NCBI GenBank assembly: GCA_965238075.1
Contig: OZ250173.1
Coordinates: forward strand, 672,001 to 736,000
DNA: 64,000 nucleotides
Source of the DNA: Candidatus Entotheonellaceae bacterium
Lineage (GTDB): Bacteria; Tectomicrobia; Entotheonellia; Entotheonellales; Entotheonellaceae
Direction of reading: 5' to 3'
Shown here: piece after piece, positions 59,832-64,000 of the stretch
Layout of the letters: every line of letters starts with the position of its first letter
Numbering within the stretch: position 1 is the stretch's first letter
Translations under genes and position numbers: made by a program
Notes under the pieces: model-generated
Seen by the model: only the letters and a program-made list of their open reading frames with translations
Databases searched by the model: none
Told to the model about the DNA's origin: nothing

Positions 59832-60871
59832 GCATCATCGGACTCCCTTCCTGTGGCAAGACCACCGTTTTTCGCGCTCTGACCAACGCCGACGGGCAGA
59901 CTTCGCGCGCCGGCGGTAAGGGCGATACCCGCGTGGTCGAAGTCCCGGACGCCCGCCTGCAAACGCTGGCGGGCCTGTACAATCCCCGCAAGGCCACGCC
60001 CGCCGTGATGTCGTTTGTCGATCCCGTCCTGACCGGCCAGGCGGGCGCGCATTTCGCCGAAAGCCTGATGACCCTGATGCGCGACGCCGACGCCCTGGCC
60101 CACGTGTTGGGTGTGTTCGGCGACGACGTTGACCCGTTGGGCGATTTCAATGACCTCAACAACGAGATCTTGCTAGCCGATCTCGCCGTGGTGGAAAAGC
60201 GCCTGGAACGGGTTACCAAGGACCTCGGCAAAATGAAGCGGGCGGACCTGCAACGGGAGCAACAGTTGCTGCGTCGCTGCCAGGAAGCTCTGGAAACGGA
60301 ATGCCCGCTGCGTCGTCTGCCGTTCAGCGAAGACGAGCAAAAAGTTCTGCGCGGCTTTGGCTTGCTGAGCAGCAAGGCCCAACTCGTAGTGCTCAATCTC
60401 GACGAGACCCGCCGCCCGGTCGCCGGGGAACTGGCCAGAGATTTCAGTGAAAAGCTGGCGGATGACGACGTGCAGATCATCACCGTATACGGGCAGATCG
60501 AGAGCGAAATGGCCCAGCTCGACCCCGAAGAAGCGGAGCTCTTTCAGCAGGATCTCGGTCTGCAGGAATCGGGGCTCCACCGTTTCATCCGGGCCTCCTA
60601 CGCACTTCTCGGCCTGTGTTCATTTTTTACGGCCGGCGAAAAAGAAGTGCGCGCCTGGACCATCCCGCATGGCGCTGTGGCGCAGCAGGCCGCCGGCGTC
60701 ATTCACTCCGACCTGGCCCGCGGCTTCATTCGCGCCGAGGTCATCCATTACGACGACCTGGTGGCCAGCGGCTCCATGGCCAAGGTCCGCGAGGCCGGCA
60801 AATTACGCATCGAAGGCAAGATGTATCCGGTTCAGGACGGCGACGTCCTGACCATCCGTTTCAACGTTTAG
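59822..60871 (+). CDS. ychF: YchF-like ATPase (Obg family)
   Basis: GLPSCGKTT, VPDARL, FFTAGEKEVRAW, IHSDLARGFIRAEV, QDGDV..RFNV. Confidence 0.82.
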   Translation: MHIGIIGLPSCGKTTVFRALTNADGQTSRAGGKGDTRVVEVPDARLQTLAGLYNPRKATPAVMSFVDPVLTGQAGAHFAESLMTLMRDADALAHVLGVFGDDVDPLGDFNDLNNEILLADLAVVEKRLERVTKDLGKMKRADLQREQQLLRRCQEALETECPLRRLPFSEDEQKVLRGFGLLSSKAQLVVLNLDETRRPVAGELARDFSEKLADDDVQIITVYGQIESEMAQLDPEEAELFQQDLGLQESGLHRFIRASYALLGLCSFFTAGEKEVRAWTIPHGAVAQQAAGVIHSDLARGFIRAEVIHYDDLVASGSMAKVREAGKLRIEGKMYPVQDGDVLTIRFNV

Positions 60872-60895
60872 CAATTTGAAAGCAAGGAGCAAGAC

Positions 60896-62134
60896 ATGGC
60901 AGACAAGGCCCTGGAGGGCGTGCGCATTCTAGACATGACCCACGTGCAATCGGGTCCGTCCTGCACCCAGATTCTCGGATTTCTCGGCGCCGACGTGGTG
61001 AAGCTGGAGCCCCCCGGACGCGGCGACATCACCCGCGGACAACTGCGCGACATGCCGGACGTCGACAGCCTCTACTTCACCATGCTCAACTGCAACAAAC
61101 GCAGCATCACCCTGAACCTCAAGAACGAGCAGGGAAAGACGATCTTCACCGAGCTGCTCAAGACCTCCGACGTGGTCGTCGAGAACTTCGGGCCGGGCGT
61201 GCTGGACCGTCTGGGCTTCCCGTGGGAGACGATCCAGACCGTCAATCCGCGCGCCATCTACGCCTCGATCAAAGGCTTCGGCTCTTACGGCCCCAATAAG
61301 GACTTCAAGGCTTACGAGCCCATCGCCCAGGCCATGGGCGGCTCGATGAGCACCACCGGCCTGGCGGACGGGCCGCCGTTGTGCACGGGCTCGCAGATCG
61401 GCGACTCGGGCTCCGGCATCCACATGGTGGCGGCCATCCTGGCAGCGCTCTTCCAACGCACCCACAGCGGCCAGGGCCAGCGCGTCGAGGTGGCCATGCA
61501 GGACAGTGTCCTCAACCTGATCCGTGTGAAAATGCGCGACCACCAGCGGCTGCAGCGCGGCACCCTGCCCGAGTACCCGAACACCCACTTCGACGACGCG
61601 GTGCCGCGCTCCGGCAATGCCTCGGGCGGTGGGCATCCCGGCACCGCCCTACGCTGCAAGCCCGGCGGCCCAAACGACTACATTTACGTGGTCTTCCAGC
61701 CGCAAATCTGGGACGCCCTGCTGCGCACCATGGAGCGCGAGGACCTCGTCGACGACGAGCGCTATGCCACCCCGGCGGCACGCCTTCAGCGCCTCGACGA
61801 GGTGTACGGTTTGGTGGAATCGTGGAGCCTGAACTACACCAAGTTCGAGGTGATGGAGAAATTGAACGCCATCAACGTGCCCTGCGGTCCGGTGCTCGAC
61901 AGCGCCGACCTGTTTGAGGACGATCACTTGCGGGCGCGCGACATGATCGTTGAAGTGCCGCATCCGCAGCGCGGCTCCTTCAAGACCGTTGGCAGCCCGT
62001 TGAAGCTGTCGGATTCAGCGATCGAGATTACCTCGTCGCCGCTGCTGGGCGAGCATACCGCCGAGGTTCTGGGACAGGTGATGGGTTACTGCGCGGACGA
62101 AATCGACCAGCTGCGTCAGGACGGGGTGATTTAA
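60896..62134 (+). CDS. frc: Formyl-CoA transferase (CaiB/BaiF family III)
   Basis: HVQSGPSCTQ, DSLYFTMLNCNKRS, catalytic GDSGSG, glycine loop PRSGNASGGGHPG. Confidence 0.88.
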   Translation: MADKALEGVRILDMTHVQSGPSCTQILGFLGADVVKLEPPGRGDITRGQLRDMPDVDSLYFTMLNCNKRSITLNLKNEQGKTIFTELLKTSDVVVENFGPGVLDRLGFPWETIQTVNPRAIYASIKGFGSYGPNKDFKAYEPIAQAMGGSMSTTGLADGPPLCTGSQIGDSGSGIHMVAAILAALFQRTHSGQGQRVEVAMQDSVLNLIRVKMRDHQRLQRGTLPEYPNTHFDDAVPRSGNASGGGHPGTALRCKPGGPNDYIYVVFQPQIWDALLRTMEREDLVDDERYATPAARLQRLDEVYGLVESWSLNYTKFEVMEKLNAINVPCGPVLDSADLFEDDHLRARDMIVEVPHPQRGSFKTVGSPLKLSDSAIEITSSPLLGEHTAEVLGQVMGYCADEIDQLRQDGVI

Positions 62135-62155
62135 AGAAGGTCCCAACCAGTCACT

Positions 62156-62366
62156 GCAACACCCCCGACCGTCATAGGGGCGCCCCTTGTGGGTGCCCAT
62201 TGTCCCGTGCAGGCGGGAACTCGCGGGGCGTGCACGAGGCCCGCCTGGGAGCAAACATGTACCCCCCAACCCCCCTTGTCAGGGGGGGCAGCGGTCACTC
62301 CGGGAGCCATTTTCATCACCCTTATGTGGCCTGCAAGGCCTGCCCTCGGCTTCCGCCGGGGTGACG
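62156..62366 (+). repeat. Composite dispersed repeat, copy C
   Basis: Aligns with 33963-34125 and, reversed, with 27244-27414. Confidence 0.78.
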
Positions 62367-63412
62367 TTCTTTCGCCGGAGGCGAAGCGTCGCGGTATACT
62401 CTCTCCTCACAAATTGGCCGATTTGCAAGCGGGTGTGGCCCAAGCAGGAGGGTACAAAGTCCGACGTGCCGCGTAACAGGGTGTTCAGCATCCTGATGAC
62501 CGTCTTGATCGGTAAGTTGTTCAGGTCCAGCGGCCCCGGCAGCGCGGGTTGTATGACGCAGGCCCGCTCACTGCGCGGCCCCCACATCTGTGGATCGGTG
62601 GGTCCGAACAACGCCAGGGTGCGGGTGCCGACGGCGGCCGCGAGATGCGTGACGCCGGAATCGTGACCCGCGAAAACCGCACAGCGCGCCAATATCGCCC
62701 CCAACTCCGGCAAGGAAGCGGTTCGCAACACCTTCCACGACGGGCTGAGGGTAGTCAGTAACCTACCGACGCATCGTTCCTCCTCGGCCGGTCCGCATAT
62801 CACCACGCCGGGAATCCCTTCCTCGGCGGCCCACGCCATCACCTGCCGCCAGCCTTCCAAGGGCCACAGCTTATGCCGCCCGCCGCTGCCGGGATGCACC
62901 GCCAACACGCCCTGTTCCGGTAAACCCGCCGATCGCCAGAAACGGTTAGCGGCTTGCTGGTGCGCCGCACTGGGATAGAAGCGGGGCTGGGCAGGCGGGG
63001 TGCGGCCCACAAATCGCAGCACAGGTTGCAGAAGGTGGTCCGTTGCGTGCACCCCGGTGCGCGGCTGTGGCGGCCAGGCAATGACCTCGCCGGGGCAGTA
63101 CCGCTTGAGGTTGTCCGTGAATGTTGCGTCGGGCGCCGGAAGGTAGGACAGAATCAGGTCGAACCCGCTCAGGTAGGTCGCCAGTCGCTGCGGCAGCCGG
63201 GGTTCATGGCCGAACAACCGGTACAGCTCCCATTGCTCGGCGTCGGCGATGGCGTCGGCATAGGTAGGGTGACGCGCCAGACAGGCCCGCTTGGCGTCGC
63301 CCATGACGTCGATCCGGGCGCTCGGAAAGGCCAGCCGCAGGGCGCCAACCGCCGGCAGGGTGAGAATCAGATCGCCGATTGCCCCGCCGCGTATGACCAA
63401 CACCCGCCGCAT
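62279..63412 (-). CDS. Glycosyltransferase family 9 (heptosyltransferase-like)
   Basis: IRGGAIGDLIL, HPGSG...KLWP, GHDSGVTHLAAA, LFGPT. Confidence 0.88.
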   Translation of the reverse strand: MRRVLVIRGGAIGDLILTLPAVGALRLAFPSARIDVMGDAKRACLARHPTYADAIADAEQWELYRLFGHEPRLPQRLATYLSGFDLILSYLPAPDATFTDNLKRYCPGEVIAWPPQPRTGVHATDHLLQPVLRFVGRTPPAQPRFYPSAAHQQAANRFWRSAGLPEQGVLAVHPGSGGRHKLWPLEGWRQVMAWAAEEGIPGVVICGPAEEERCVGRLLTTLSPSWKVLRTASLPELGAILARCAVFAGHDSGVTHLAAAVGTRTLALFGPTDPQMWGPRSERACVIQPALPGPLDLNNLPIKTVIRMLNTLLRGTSDFVPSCLGHTRLQIGQFVRREYTATLRLRRKNVTPAEAEGRPCRPHKGDENGSRSDRCPP

Positions 63413-63430
63413 GCCGTCTCCCGCAGGCCA

Positions 63431-64000
63431 TCAGCCGCCATCGCCCGCAACCCTCGCTGCCGCGGGGGTTACCGGCAGGCCGGCCAGGCGCATGATCTTC
63501 AAGGCGTTCGTGGTCGGGCAAGGTCCCGGCCGCAGCCGGTAGTCGAAGACCATACGGCCGTCGCGAATCTCCTCCCGGAAATGGAAGTTGTGAATCCCCG
63601 GCACGGCCGCGGCCGTGCCGACGAGTTCCAGGTCGTGGGTGGAAATCATGCCGACACCGCGGCCACTGGCGAGGGCCTCGATGTAAGCGCGGCTCCCGAC
63701 CAGGCGCTCGTGGTTGTTGGTGCCGCGGAAAATTTCGTCGATCAGATACAGCAAGGGCGCTTCGTCCTCGGCGTTCAGGGCGGCCAGCAAGGCCTTGAGG
63801 CGCCGCACCTCGGCGTAAAAATACGAGATGCCATCGGTCACCGAATCGGTGACCTGGATGCAGGTAAACAGCCGCAGCGGCACGGTGCGCAGTTTTTCGG
63901 CATGCACCGCGGCGCCGGCGTATGCCAGGCACAGGTTGACCCCGAGAGTACGTAGAAAGGTGCTCTTGCCGGACATGTTGGAACCGGTGATCAGGGCGAT
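63431..64000 (-). CDS. MutS domain V ATPase protein, C-terminal part; runs off the window
   Basis: ITGSNMSGKSTFLR, SYFYAE, LIDEIFRGTN, STHD, TTNAL. Confidence 0.88.
   Translation of the reverse strand: MALITGSNMSGKSTFLRTLGVNLCLAYAGAAVHAEKLRTVPLRLFTCIQVTDSVTDGISYFYAEVRRLKALLAALNAEDEAPLLYLIDEIFRGTNNHERLVGSRAYIEALASGRGVGMISTHDLELVGTAAAVPGIHNFHFREEIRDGRMVFDYRLRPGPCPTTNALKIMRLAGLPVTPAAARVAGDGG

Noticed and set aside
60896-62134. Complete oxalate-degradation locus
   Set aside because: No oxalyl-CoA decarboxylase or oxalate:formate antiporter nearby; only frc is visible

Overview
High-GC (visually ~65%) chromosomal segment of a diderm bacterium. Gene style, small coiled-coil ORFs and the REP load resemble uncultured sponge-associated lineages such as Tectomicrobia, but this is inference only. 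The core content is a PQQ dehydrogenase (partial), an MFS pump, phosphatases, an mlaEFD-tolC-mlaC operon, rlmD, uvrBC, a divergent transketolase-like enzyme, a peptide-type ABC importer, a GAF-GspE/PilB ATPase, an odd erpA-nuoA-nuoH-nuoG-nuoI-fadF-like-iscS cluster, thiD, nadD, ychF-like, frc, GT9 and a MutS-domain protein (partial). There are three accessory zones. (1) At 12.2-19.7 kb, an internally deleted ISKra4-family element precedes a tandem array of three paralogous secreted 15-residue-repeat proteins, each with a conserved promoter/leader and trailer, followed by an autotransporter-barrel remnant. (2) At 44.1-45.3 kb, a higBA module and an antitoxin remnant. (3) At 54.7-58.3 kb, a defence-like island (Rpn with an internal start, DUF6680-like, TM-HNH, AbiJ-NTD4-like, methyltransferase pseudogene). 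Several short palindromic repeat families occur between genes. No tRNA, rRNA or CRISPR was recognised. All calls come from reading motifs by eye; no database search was run.
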